Assembly (NCBI GenBank): GCA_035637455.1
Contig: DASPXE010000007.1
Location: 51,097 to 115,096 of the forward strand
DNA: 64,000 nt
From: Gemmatimonadales bacterium
Lineage (GTDB): Bacteria > Gemmatimonadota > Gemmatimonadetes > Gemmatimonadales > GWC2-71-9
Direction: 5' to 3'
In this document: in pieces, positions 36,121 through 45,308 of the stretch
Layout of the letters: the number at the start of each line of letters is the position of its first letter
How positions within the stretch are numbered: position 1 is the first letter of the stretch
The notes under the pieces: generated by a model
Seen by the model: the letters and a program-made list of their open reading frames with translations, nothing else
Told to the model about the DNA's origin: nothing
Database searches by the model: none
Translations under genes and position numbers: made by a program

Positions 36121-37926
36121 TCACCTCACGCGGAGGGCGTTGAGGATCACCGCCGCGTCGAGCGCTTCCTGCATCACCGCGCCAACCGCTGGGCTCACGA
36201 GACCAAAGCTCGCCACCACCATCAGCGCGAAGCTCACGCCCAGCCCCACACCGATGCTCTGCAGCGCGATGTGGCGCATCCGCCGGCTGATAGCCACCGC
36301 GTCGCCCACCCGCGAAATGTCGTCCACCAGCAGCACGATGTCCGCCGCCTCAGCCGAGACCGCCGTGCCGTGCTCGCCCATGGCGATCCCCACCGTGGCG
36401 GCGGCGAGGGCCGGCGCGTCGTTGATGCCGTCTCCGACCATCGCCACGGTGCCGTGGCGGCGCTTCAACTCCTGGACGGCCGCGACCTTGTCCGCGGGCA
36501 GCAGATTCGCCCGCACGGTGCGGATCCCCGCCTGCGCCGCGATCACCTCCGCGCTCGACGCGCGGTCGCCGGTCAGCATCACGGTCTCGGTCACGCCCAG
36601 CACGGCGAGCCGCTGCATGAGCGACGGCACCTGGTGGCGCAGCCGGTCGGCGAACTCGATCGCGCCTGCCAGTCGCCCGTCCACGCTGACGTAGGCAGTG
36701 GTGCGGTCGTCAGCGCGTTCTGAAATGGGCACGCCGTGGCTCGACAGGAAGCGGGCGGATCCCACGGCGACGGCACGGCCCTCGACCCGCGCGGCCACGC
36801 CGGCCCCGGGGTTCTCCAGAAAGTCGCTGGCGGGCGGGAGCGGGCCCAACCGCCCAGCCGCCTCGGCGACCGCCCTGCCGAGGTGATGTGACGACAGGCG
36901 CTCGACGGCGGCGGCCAGACGCAGCACCTCGTCCGGCACGACTCCGTCCTTCGCCTCGATACGTCCCACTGTCGGATGGCCGAGCGTGAGCGTGCCTGTC
37001 TTGTCGAACACGATCGCCCGCGCTCGCCCGAGCTGCTCGATCGCCGCGCCGGTCTTCACGATCACGCCCAGGTCCGCCGCCCGGCTGATCCCGGCGATCA
37101 CGGCGATCGGCGTCGCCAGGATCAGCGGACACGGTGTCGCCACGACGAGGACCGCAAGCACGCTCGTCGCACTCCCGGTGAGAAGCCACGCCACGCCGCA
37201 CATCACGAGTGTCACCGGCGTGAACCACACGGCGAACCGGTCGGCGAGCCGCTGGATCGGGGGCTTCTCGCGCCGCGCGCGCTCCACCAGGCGTACGATC
37301 TGCTGGTACTGGCTTTGCTCGGCGGGGCGGGAGGCGCGCATTTCGAGCGCCCCGTCCAGGTTCACGCTGCCCGAGAGGAGCGCGGTCCCCTGCACCGCAC
37401 GGATCGGGAGCGGCTCGCCCGTGAGCGCCGACTGGTCCACCGCCGAGGTCCCGTTCGTCACCTCGCCGTCTACGGGGACCAGGTCGCCAGGCCGAACCAG
37501 CAGCACGTCGCCGGCACCGAGCTCGCCCACCGGCACCTCCTCGACCCGCCCGCTGCGGATCCGGTGCCCGACCTTCGGCGCCCGGGCGAGCAGCGCTTCA
37601 AGCGAGCTCGACGCGCGGCCCATGGCATAGCGCTCGAGCGCCTCCCCGCCCGACTGCATCAACGCGATCACCGCGCCGGCGAAATACTGGCCGAGGGCGA
37701 GCGCCGCGAGGATGGCGAGCATCGCGACGATGTCGGCCGCAAACCGGCCGCGAGCCATCCCGCGGAGGGTCTGCACGACGAGCGGGCCGCCCCCCGCGAC
37801 GAGCGTCGCGAGGAAGAACCCCTGTCCGACCTGGGGAGCGCCGACGACGAAGCGGGCCGCGAGCCCAGTGACGAGCCCGGCGCCCACCAGCACGGGAAGG
37901 GGATACAGCTTGAGCATGCGTCGCAT
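36121..37926 (-). CDS. Heavy-metal P1B-type ATPase lacking an N-terminal metal-binding domain; TM motif TPCP
   Basis: Contains DKTGTLT, MLTGD and VGDGINDAPAL, with membrane motif VVATPCPLILATP. There is no CxxC/HMA domain. ATG 37926 lies behind AAGGGGA; the track uses TTG 37929. Confidence 0.9.
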   Translation of the reverse strand: MRRMLKLYPLPVLVGAGLVTGLAARFVVGAPQVGQGFFLATLVAGGGPLVVQTLRGMARGRFAADIVAMLAILAALALGQYFAGAVIALMQSGGEALERYAMGRASSSLEALLARAPKVGHRIRSGRVEEVPVGELGAGDVLLVRPGDLVPVDGEVTNGTSAVDQSALTGEPLPIRAVQGTALLSGSVNLDGALEMRASRPAEQSQYQQIVRLVERARREKPPIQRLADRFAVWFTPVTLVMCGVAWLLTGSATSVLAVLVVATPCPLILATPIAVIAGISRAADLGVIVKTGAAIEQLGRARAIVFDKTGTLTLGHPTVGRIEAKDGVVPDEVLRLAAAVERLSSHHLGRAVAEAAGRLGPLPPASDFLENPGAGVAARVEGRAVAVGSARFLSSHGVPISERADDRTTAYVSVDGRLAGAIEFADRLRHQVPSLMQRLAVLGVTETVMLTGDRASSAEVIAAQAGIRTVRANLLPADKVAAVQELKRRHGTVAMVGDGINDAPALAAATVGIAMGEHGTAVSAEAADIVLLVDDISRVGDAVAISRRMRHIALQSIGVGLGVSFALMVVASFGLVSPAVGAVMQEALDAAVILNALRVR

Positions 37927-37963
37927 CAACGTTTCCCCTTTCCCGTCTCCCCTTTCCCGATGT

Positions 37964-39586
37964 TCAGAACGGTGTATAGCCCGGCGACCCGAACCGCTGC
38001 ATGTGCAGATGGGACCACAGCGGGTAGGCGTAGGCGATCAGCACGAGCGCCACCGCTACCAGCGTCCAGAGTCCGTAGCGGTCGAGCAGCGTGGCCTTCG
38101 GGCTCGACGGCTCCAGCGGCTCGGCCCACTCGATCGGCTCCGGCTCGCGCTTCCGCCCGGCGAGCCCCGTTCCGAGCATGACGAGCATGAAGAACCCGGC
38201 GCTGGCAAACAGGAACAACCCGCCTACCGCGGAGATCCCGGTGAGCCCCCGCCACGCCTGCGCCGCCGCCGCGCCGCCGTACGTCGCGTCGTAGATCCGA
38301 CGGGGCATCCCCATCAGGCCGGTGATGTGGTTTGAGATCGAGAACAGCACCATGCCGACGAACCACAGATACGGCTGCACCTTCGCCAGCAGTCCGAGCT
38401 CGAGCTCACGTCCAGTCAACCGCGGCAGCAACCAGTACGCCGTCCCCATGAAAGTCAGTGCCGTTGCGCTGCCCACCGTCAGATGGAAATGTCCCTGAAT
38501 CCAGGCGGTGTTGTGCACCACGGCATTCATCCCGTATGCCGCGTTGATCGCGCCGCCGATTCCTCCTACCGCGAACAGCAGCATCGACAGCAGGACGCTC
38601 GCCACCAGCGGGTCCCCCCACGGGAGTCGCTTGAGCCAGTCGAGCAGTCCCGTTGCGCCGTGCATCCGCCCCGCGACCTCGAGCGACGCCGTCACCGTGA
38701 ACGCCGTCACGAAGCTGGGAAACAGGATCCCGAAGGTGAGGATGGCGTGGAACAGCTTCCACGCGGCGGGAATCCCCGGGTCCATGAACTGGTGATGGAA
38801 GCCCACGGGCGTGGACAAGATGATGAACAGCACGAACACGAGGCGCGCCAGCGGGTCGCTGAACAACTTCCCCCCGGCAACCCTCGGCAACACCGTGTAC
38901 CACACCACGTAGGCCGGCAGCAGCCAGAAGTAGACGAGCGGGTGGCCGAAGTACCAGAACAGCATCCGGGCGAGCTCGGGATCGACCGTCTTGGTGAAGC
39001 CAAGCGACCACGGAATCAGCAAGAACAGCATTTCCGCCGCCACCCCCACGGTGGCGATCAGCCACACGATCACCGTGGCGAGCGTCCCGTGCAGCGCGAG
39101 CGGCGCGGGCTGACCCACATGCTCCCGCTTCCAGAGGAGGTAGCTGCGGATCACCACGAAGCCCCAGATCCACGACCCGACCACGAGCAGGGTCGCCCCA
39201 ATGTAGAACGCCGGATGCGCCTTGAGCGGAGGATAGAAGGTGTACAGGACCGTGGCCTTCCCCGAGAGGATCGCCGCGACCGCCGCGAGCGTCCCCGCGA
39301 GCGCCACCCAGAAGCCCGTCCACGCGAGGCCGCGGTGCGGGACAGGACGACCCAGCGTCCGCTCGGCCACGACGTAGCCGAACGCCATGATGAAGAACGT
39401 CGTGAACACCAACGCCATCAGCGTGCCATGTGCCGTGACCGAGAGGTAGTACATCTTGGCCGAACGCCACGGCAGCTCGAGTGCCGCGCGCGACAGTGCC
39501 TGCATGAACGCCATCGCGGAAGCGACGCCGAACGCCAGGATCGCAACCCACAGGTTCGCGAGGGCGAGCCGACTGGAGCGGATCAT
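37964..39586 (-). CDS. cbaA: B-family (ba3-type) haem-copper oxidase subunit I
   Basis: From ATG 39586 (MIRSSRLALANLWV...), in an ATGA overlap with the subunit II stop. About 13 TM helices, with GHPLVYFW, HHQFMDPG and VVHNTAWIQGHFHLTVG, which is typical of B-type oxidases. Confidence 0.85.
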   Translation of the reverse strand: MIRSSRLALANLWVAILAFGVASAMAFMQALSRAALELPWRSAKMYYLSVTAHGTLMALVFTTFFIMAFGYVVAERTLGRPVPHRGLAWTGFWVALAGTLAAVAAILSGKATVLYTFYPPLKAHPAFYIGATLLVVGSWIWGFVVIRSYLLWKREHVGQPAPLALHGTLATVIVWLIATVGVAAEMLFLLIPWSLGFTKTVDPELARMLFWYFGHPLVYFWLLPAYVVWYTVLPRVAGGKLFSDPLARLVFVLFIILSTPVGFHHQFMDPGIPAAWKLFHAILTFGILFPSFVTAFTVTASLEVAGRMHGATGLLDWLKRLPWGDPLVASVLLSMLLFAVGGIGGAINAAYGMNAVVHNTAWIQGHFHLTVGSATALTFMGTAYWLLPRLTGRELELGLLAKVQPYLWFVGMVLFSISNHITGLMGMPRRIYDATYGGAAAAQAWRGLTGISAVGGLFLFASAGFFMLVMLGTGLAGRKREPEPIEWAEPLEPSSPKATLLDRYGLWTLVAVALVLIAYAYPLWSHLHMQRFGSPGYTPF

Positions 39587-40059
39587 GGCCGTGCCTCCTC
39601 CACGATCAGCCTGGCGGACATGAGGTGATGGCTCAGTCCACAGTACTCGTTGCACACGATCAGATACTGGCCCGGCTGCCGGAATGTTGTGGTGAACTGG
39701 CTGACGTAGCCCGGGACCAACATCGTATTCGCGTTGGTGCCGACGATCAGGAAGCCGTGGGTGACGTCGGCGCTGGTCATCCGGAACGTGACCGGGCGCC
39801 CGGCCGGGACGTGGATCTCGGCGGGCAGGAACGCGAACATCATGCCGACCGCGATGACGGTGGCGCCGGTCGGGCTCACGGTGACGCCCTGCTTCGCGAA
39901 CCGGCCGTCCCGCCACACGGTGGCCGGATCGATGGTCTCGATATGGCTCGGCGGCACGAGCGCGCTGCCGATGCCGGCCACGAGTACCGTGGTGATGAAC
40001 GCCACGATGATCCCCCCCGCCGCCCACATCCAGATCTTTTCGTAGAGCGGGACGTTCAT
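39583..40059 (-). CDS. cbaB: ba3-type oxidase subunit II (CuA cupredoxin)
   Basis: One N-terminal TM, and the CuA site DVTHGF...CNEYCGLSHHLM. The start ATG 40059 overlaps the upstream micro-ORF stop as ATGA. Confidence 0.85.
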   Translation of the reverse strand: MNVPLYEKIWMWAAGGIIVAFITTVLVAGIGSALVPPSHIETIDPATVWRDGRFAKQGVTVSPTGATVIAVGMMFAFLPAEIHVPAGRPVTFRMTSADVTHGFLIVGTNANTMLVPGYVSQFTTTFRQPGQYLIVCNEYCGLSHHLMSARLIVEEARP

Positions 40060-40196
40060 GGCGTCACCCCGCCGCGCCGCAGATACACGAACAAGTACAC
40101 GGCGAACCACGCGACCACGAACAGCACACCGTACAGGCCGATGAGCAACAGGGTCCCTTTGGGGTGCTGCGAGGTAAGCGGCTGCTGCGGCGCCAT
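40056..40196 (-). CDS. Putative ba3 oxidase subunit IIa (single-TM micro-protein)
   Basis: 46 aa, MAPQQPLTSQHPKGTLLLIGLYGVLFVVAWFAVYLFVYLRRGGVTP. It resembles the Thermus 34-aa subunit IIa in size, position and the KG...helix...RG pattern. Confidence 0.5.
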   Translation of the reverse strand: MAPQQPLTSQHPKGTLLLIGLYGVLFVVAWFAVYLFVYLRRGGVTP

Positions 40197-40210
40197 GGCG
40201 TGCTCCGGGT

Positions 40211-41263
40211 TCAGCGGTGAGGAATTGCGGGGAGATCGACCTCGAAGCGTGATCCCGTCCCGCCTCCCGTGACGTTCGCTACGTGCACGCTGCCGCCGTG
40301 CAGCCGAGTGATGGCCGCGACCATCGCCAACCCGAGGCCCGTCCCGGTGCCACGGCTGCGTGCCTGGTCGGCACGGAAGAACGGCTCGAAGACGTGAGGG
40401 AGCTGCTCGGTGGCAATCCCCGGACCTGAGTCCTCCACCGCGATCCGGACGCCGCCAGCGCCGTTCAGCGGAGCGGTCGCGACGCGCACCCGTCCACCCG
40501 GGGGCGTGAATTTCACGGCGTTGTCGAGAAGCTGTCGCACCAGCCGGGTCACGAGATCCGAGTCGACGACCGCGTGCGTCGCCTCGGGAGCGAAGTGCGA
40601 CTCGACCGCCAGCTCGCGCTCCTCGATGCGCGGTTGCAGCGCTTCTACCGCGCAGTGGACGATCGCGTTGAGGTCGGTCGGGATGCGATCGGCCTGGAGC
40701 AGGTGGGCGTCCGCCCGGCTGATCAACAGCAGGTCCTCGCTCATCGCCGTGAGACGGTCGATCTCCTCCAGCGCGCTGTGCAGCACCCGCTGATAGTCGC
40801 GGGCGCTCCGCTCGGACCGCAGCGCCACTTCCATCTCGCCCCGCAGCGCCGTGAGCGGCGAGCGCAGCTCGTGGCTCACGTCCGCGATGAGGCGGCGTTG
40901 GTTGCGGAACGCGCGGTCCAACCGCTCGAGCATCCGGTTCAGCACGGCGACCAGGCCGCGGTACTCGTCCGTCTCGGCGTGCGCCGCGATTCGCTGGTCC
41001 AGGGTGCCCGGGGCGATCCGCGTTGCCTGCGCTGTGATCTCGTGCACCGGCCGCACCGCTGACCCGGCGAGCCACCACGCGCCGACGAGCGTGGCCCCCG
41101 TTCCCAGCACCACCACGGCCGCGAGCAGGAGCAGCAGCTCGCGGTGCATCCCGGCAGCGGGGCCGACGGCCACGCCGTACGCCGCCGCCGCCGCGAAGAG
41201 CAGGCCGGCCCCCATGGTCGCCGCGAACCGGACGGCCAGGGTCCGCCGCAGCGACCGGCTCAC
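40211..41263 (-). CDS. Two-component sensor histidine kinase (CusS/CopS-like layout)
   Basis: Two TM helices, a HAMP region, the H-box ADVSHELRSPLTAL and an HATPase domain (DSGPGI...GTGLGLA). Its GTGA overlap joins it to the upstream regulator. Confidence 0.85.
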   Translation of the reverse strand: MSRSLRRTLAVRFAATMGAGLLFAAAAAYGVAVGPAAGMHRELLLLLAAVVVLGTGATLVGAWWLAGSAVRPVHEITAQATRIAPGTLDQRIAAHAETDEYRGLVAVLNRMLERLDRAFRNQRRLIADVSHELRSPLTALRGEMEVALRSERSARDYQRVLHSALEEIDRLTAMSEDLLLISRADAHLLQADRIPTDLNAIVHCAVEALQPRIEERELAVESHFAPEATHAVVDSDLVTRLVRQLLDNAVKFTPPGGRVRVATAPLNGAGGVRIAVEDSGPGIATEQLPHVFEPFFRADQARSRGTGTGLGLAMVAAITRLHGGSVHVANVTGGGTGSRFEVDLPAIPHR

Positions 41264-41946
41264 TCCTCGTCCCGATCCGGTGACTGGAGACGGAAGCCGA
41301 CCCCGCGCACCGTATGGATCAGCTCCAGCTCGGCGGCATTCTTGAGCTTGCGCCGCAGATTGCCCACGTGCACGTCCACCACGTTACTCTCGGGGTCGAA
41401 GTGCAGGTCCCAGACCTTCTCGAGCAGCTCCGTGCGCCGGATGACCTCTTCCGGCCGGAGCAGGAAGTGCTCGAGCAACTGGAATTCCTTCGGGGTGAGC
41501 TCGAGTCGCTGCCCCTTCACGCGCACCTTGTGCTTCAGGCGGTCGAGCTCAACCGGCCCGTAGGCGAGCAACTCGGTGCGCGACGCCCCACCGCGGCGCA
41601 CCAAGGCCCGCACGCGTGCCAGCAGCTCGTCGAACTTGAAGGGCTTGGGCAGATAGTCATCCGCGCCGGCGTCCAACCCGCGCACCACGTCTTCCGTCGT
41701 GTCGCGCGCCGTGAGCATCAGGATCGGCGTCTTACGGCCTTCGCGGCGCAACTCGGACGCGACCTGGAGGCCGTTCTTCTTGGGCAGCATCACGTCGAGA
41801 ACCACGAGGTCGTAGTCGTAGACGTGCGCCAAGGTCGTGCCTTCCTCGCCGTCGGGCGCCACGTCGACGGCATACCCCTCTTCCCGCAGCCCCTGCTCGA
41901 TGAAGCCCGCGACCTTTCGATCGTCTTCCACCACAAGGATTTTCAT
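41260..41946 (-). CDS. OmpR/PhoB-family response regulator
   Basis: MKILVVEDDRKVAGFIEQGL, DLVVLDVMLP, and a C-terminal winged helix (LTPKEFQLLEHFLLRPEEVIRRTELLEKVW). Confidence 0.9.
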   Translation of the reverse strand: MKILVVEDDRKVAGFIEQGLREEGYAVDVAPDGEEGTTLAHVYDYDLVVLDVMLPKKNGLQVASELRREGRKTPILMLTARDTTEDVVRGLDAGADDYLPKPFKFDELLARVRALVRRGGASRTELLAYGPVELDRLKHKVRVKGQRLELTPKEFQLLEHFLLRPEEVIRRTELLEKVWDLHFDPESNVVDVHVGNLRRKLKNAAELELIHTVRGVGFRLQSPDRDEE

Positions 41947-42010
41947 GGCTCGGAGAGTAAGGGAAGGGTGCTGAACCGATTCTAAAGAATCGCTGAAGGA
42001 ACCTTCATAC

Positions 42011-43348
42011 TCAGGCGGGTGGCCGCAACGGCAGCGCCAGGGTGAATGTCGCTCCGCGGTTGACGACGCTCTGCACCGTGAGCGCCCCACCGAGCACCTC
42101 CGCCAGCCGGCGCGAGACCGGCAGCCCGAGCCCCGTGCCGAGCCCCGAGTGCGGGTCGAATCGCTCGAACGGCTCGAAGATGCGGTCCTGGAGCTCCAGC
42201 GGGATGCCGCGGCCGCGGTCGCTCACGCGGAATGAGACCATGGAATCCGCCGTCGCCACGTGCACCGCGACGGTGCCGCCTTCCGGGCTGTGTCGCACCG
42301 CGTTGGAGAGCAGGTTCACGAGGATCTGCTCCAGCCGCACCGGGTCGGTGCGGAATGTCGTCGGGCCAGGGCCATAGTGGGGTGCGAGCACCACGCGCTT
42401 CGCCTCAGCCGCCGGCTGCATCCCCCCGATCGCCCGCGCGACTGCCGCGGGGATCTCGACGTCGCGCCACACGGGACGGACCTTCCCTGCGTCGAGCCGC
42501 GTGAGGTCGAGGAAGTTGTTGAGCAGGGTGATGGTCAGCCCCGCTCCTTCGTACACTTCCTGCGCCGCCTGCGCCGCCGCCTCGGGCGACTTGCCCCGCA
42601 CCAAGCGTTCCGCCCAGCCGTACACGGCCGTGAGCGCGTTCCGCAGCTCATGGTTCATCATGGCGAAGAAGAGGTCGCGCTGGCGTTGCATCGCCCGTAC
42701 CTCACCGACCAGGCGCTCGCTTTCGTCGTGCAGGCGCGCATTTTCGACGGCGACCGCCGCGTGCGCCGCGAGCAGCACGGTGATCGCCTCGTCTTCCGCA
42801 TTGAACTGTTTCGCCCCGATCTTCTCGGTGAGGTAGAGGTTGCCGAACACCTTTCCCCGGCTCCGGATCGGGACACCGAGAAACGATTTCATCGGCGGAT
42901 GGTGGGGCGGAAAGCCGTAGCGCTTGGGGTGGCGGTTGATATCGGCCGAACGGACCGGCTTTGGCTCGCGGATGACCAGGCCGAGCAGCCCACGGCCCCG
43001 CGGCGGGTCGCCAATCCGTTCGCGCTCGGCTGGGGAGAGGCCGGAGGTGACGAACTGGCTCAAGGTCTCCCGGTCCGCAGCGAGCACGCCGAGCGCTGCA
43101 TAGCGGGCCCCCACGACCTCGCGCGCCGAGTCCACGATCTGCTGGAGCACCCGCTCCAGGGAGTGCTCAGAGAAGATCGCCACGCCGGCCGACAGCAAGG
43201 CCTCGAAGCGCCGTCGCACACGTGCCCCTTCGGCACCGCCCTCCCTGGGTGGTCTAGGGGTGGAGGCTGGTCGTCTCGGCACGCGGGGCCTCGCTCCTGA
43301 AGACGGTATGAATTTCGTCTCGGGAGAAGCCAGCGGTATCTCCCTCAC
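42011..43348 (-). CDS. GAF-domain sensor histidine kinase (soluble)
   Basis: GAF domain (GARYAALGVL...GVPIRSRGKVFGNLYLTEK), H-box MNHELRNALTAVYG, and an HATPase C-terminus. The start is uncertain; the first ~45 codons are Pro/Arg-rich. Confidence 0.8.
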   Translation of the reverse strand: MREIPLASPETKFIPSSGARPRVPRRPASTPRPPREGGAEGARVRRRFEALLSAGVAIFSEHSLERVLQQIVDSAREVVGARYAALGVLAADRETLSQFVTSGLSPAERERIGDPPRGRGLLGLVIREPKPVRSADINRHPKRYGFPPHHPPMKSFLGVPIRSRGKVFGNLYLTEKIGAKQFNAEDEAITVLLAAHAAVAVENARLHDESERLVGEVRAMQRQRDLFFAMMNHELRNALTAVYGWAERLVRGKSPEAAAQAAQEVYEGAGLTITLLNNFLDLTRLDAGKVRPVWRDVEIPAAVARAIGGMQPAAEAKRVVLAPHYGPGPTTFRTDPVRLEQILVNLLSNAVRHSPEGGTVAVHVATADSMVSFRVSDRGRGIPLELQDRIFEPFERFDPHSGLGTGLGLPVSRRLAEVLGGALTVQSVVNRGATFTLALPLRPPA

Positions 43349-43393
43349 CCGGGGTTCAGGCTCCCTTCAACACCCAACGGTTACGCTCGGACC

Positions 43394-43486
43394 ATGCGAA
43401 TCCGCAAGATCCTCGTCGCCATCGACGGAGGGCCGGACTCGGGTGACGTGTTGGCGGCCGCCACAGCCATCGCGTACCCGATCTGA
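43394..43486 (+). pseudogene. Universal stress protein N-terminal fragment
   Basis: MRIRKILVAIDGGPDSGDVLAAATAIAYPI then stops. This is only the first beta-alpha unit of a USP domain. Confidence 0.4.
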
Positions 43487-43580
43487 GTGCAACCAACTGA
43501 GGCGTCCGCACGTCTTACGCATCAGGCAAGGCCCACTGCCCGTATCTTCATCTCGACCACCCCGACAACTGGAGCTCCCG

Positions 43581-44099
43581 ATGAGTTCACAAACCACAGT
43601 CTTGGACGCGGCGCTCGCCGCCCTGGTCACGGCCTGCTCAGCCGCCCACCAGCCGCGCGTGCCGATGGCGGGGACCGCCGGCGACGTGGCCGCCCTCGCA
43701 GGCCGATGGGAGGGGTCGTACTCGAGCGCTGCCACGGGCCGCAGCGGCAGCATCTCCTTCACCCTCTCCGCCAGCAGTGACAGCGCCTTCGGCGATGTGA
43801 TCATGATACCGCGTGGCTGGGGCCGTCCGCTCCAGGCGTGGGACCGGCAAGGAGCGGCAGGCGGCGCCGCGGCGCAGCCGCGCAGCGCGGTGTTGACGAT
43901 CAACTTCGTGCGCGTGGCGAGCGGCCGCGTGACCGGCACGCTCGCGCCCTACGCCGACCCCGAGAGTGGCGCCCAGCTCTTCACCACGTTCGAGGGCCGA
44001 CTCGATGGCGACACGATCGAAGGCAGCTACACGACACGCGGCGGTGGCTCCGGTGACGCTCAGACTGGTCAGTGGAAGGTGACGCGGCGCAAAGCATGA
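43581..44099 (+). CDS. Hypothetical lipoprotein
   Basis: ATG 43581 lies behind GGAG, giving MSSQTTVLDAALAALVTAC (lipobox). 172 aa; no family recognised. Confidence 0.5.
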   Translation: MSSQTTVLDAALAALVTACSAAHQPRVPMAGTAGDVAALAGRWEGSYSSAATGRSGSISFTLSASSDSAFGDVIMIPRGWGRPLQAWDRQGAAGGAAAQPRSAVLTINFVRVASGRVTGTLAPYADPESGAQLFTTFEGRLDGDTIEGSYTTRGGGSGDAQTGQWKVTRRKA

Positions 44100-44105
44100 A
44101 GCGGA

Positions 44106-44133
44106 GCGGCGCCGGAGCCCCGTCCGGCGCCGC
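44106..44133. terminator. Hairpin between convergent genes
   Basis: GCGGCGCCGGA gccccg TCCGGCGCCGC is an 11-bp perfect stem between the lipoprotein gene (+) and nirK (-). Confidence 0.5.
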
Positions 44134-44141
44134 CGCGTCAG

Positions 44142-45149
44142 CTAGTGCGCCATCGCCGTGACGTGGGGCGGCGCGCCGACCTGAATCAGCCCAACCGCAC
44201 CCTTGGCGGCGTCGGCGAACGCGTGCGTCACGAACGCGTATACTCCCTCGCCGCTCCCGTCCTTGTCGAACACGGTCTCGAACACCGCCCCACCACCCGC
44301 GGGGATACCCCACGTTTGGACGTGCGCCAGCGCGTGCGCCGGATCTCCGTCCGGATACACCTTGTCGAACACCGCACCCACGACGTGGAAATCGCTCGAG
44401 AAGCTCGGACCCGCGTTCACGACGAACAGCCGGACGCGGTCGCCCACGGCGACTTCCAGGGGGTGCTGCTGGTACTGGAACGCGCGCCCGTTGAACACGA
44501 CATAGCTCGCCTGGCGTCCGAGGGCCTGCTTCCAGTCGGCCTGCCCTGGCAGCGCGCTGTCGCCCCCCTGCACGTAGAACTCGCTCTGGACGATGACGAA
44601 CTCCTTGTCGGCCTTGCCGGGCCAGCCGCGCTTGGGATCCACGATGATGGGGAGGTACATCCCCTGCATCAGGTGGAGCAGCACGGGAGGGGTGCCGCAG
44701 TGCACGAGGTAAGCACCCGGGTCGCGCGCCACGAATTCGAAGGCCAGCGAGTCGCGCGGGACGATCGTGCGGAACGCTACGTTCATCGGAATCCGCGCCG
44801 CGTGGAAATCGATCGAGTGCGGCAGCGACGCTTCGTTGACGAGCAGGATCCGCACGAGATCCCCTTCGCGCACCCGGATCACCGGCCCGGGCACGGTGCC
44901 ACCGAAGCTCCAGCCGTTGTATCTGACGCCGCTCGCAATCTCCAGTTTCGCATCCCGAATGGGGATGCGGAACTCCTTGACCGGAGCCGCCGAGGCGGGG
45001 GCGAGCGTGGGGTTGTAGACCGCGCCGACCGCGCGGGGCGCGGCGCCGAAGTCGATCCGCTCGGTGCGCGGCGCACTCGTGAAGCTCGCACCCGCGAGCC
45101 CGACCAGGGCGAGAGCGACGATGCCGGTCCCCAGAAGCTTCGAGTTCAT
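44142..45149 (-). CDS. nirK: Copper-containing nitrite reductase-like two-domain multicopper protein
   Basis: Has a signal peptide. PHSIDFHAA supplies T1 and T2 His ligands, and YLVHCGTPPVLLHLMQGMY supplies His-Cys...His...Met. FHVVGAVFD and YAFVTHAFADAAKGAVG are collinear with NirK. The Cys-to-His spacing is one residue shorter than in classical NirK. Confidence 0.65.
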   Translation of the reverse strand: MNSKLLGTGIVALALVGLAGASFTSAPRTERIDFGAAPRAVGAVYNPTLAPASAAPVKEFRIPIRDAKLEIASGVRYNGWSFGGTVPGPVIRVREGDLVRILLVNEASLPHSIDFHAARIPMNVAFRTIVPRDSLAFEFVARDPGAYLVHCGTPPVLLHLMQGMYLPIIVDPKRGWPGKADKEFVIVQSEFYVQGGDSALPGQADWKQALGRQASYVVFNGRAFQYQQHPLEVAVGDRVRLFVVNAGPSFSSDFHVVGAVFDKVYPDGDPAHALAHVQTWGIPAGGGAVFETVFDKDGSGEGVYAFVTHAFADAAKGAVGLIQVGAPPHVTAMAH

Positions 45150-45202
45150 CTCGTGTTCCTTGAGAGGGTTCGATGTATGTGACCGGGTAGGAATCTGCTC
45201 GA

Positions 45203-45237
45203 GGCTTGATGAAGGCGGCTGGGAGGCTGGATGAAGG
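45203..45237. promoter_or_regulatory. Direct repeat GGCT(T/G)GATGAAGG x2 spaced 22 bp in the nirK/usp divergent promoter region
   Basis: Copies at 45203-45215 and 45225-45237 match 12/13. Function is unknown; it could be a response-regulator site. Confidence 0.3.
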
Positions 45238-45308
45238 TTTCTTGCGGTATCTGTCAGAATCGCTTCACCGCCCCCGCGCGACCTTGGTTTGCGTCAGGAG
45301 GTGGTCAC

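Noticed and set aside
45150-45308. An FNR/NnrR/Dnr box upstream of nirK.
   Set aside because: No TTGAT-N4-ATCAA-like sequence was found by eye. Only the GATGAAGG direct repeat was seen, and it is reported separately at low confidence.
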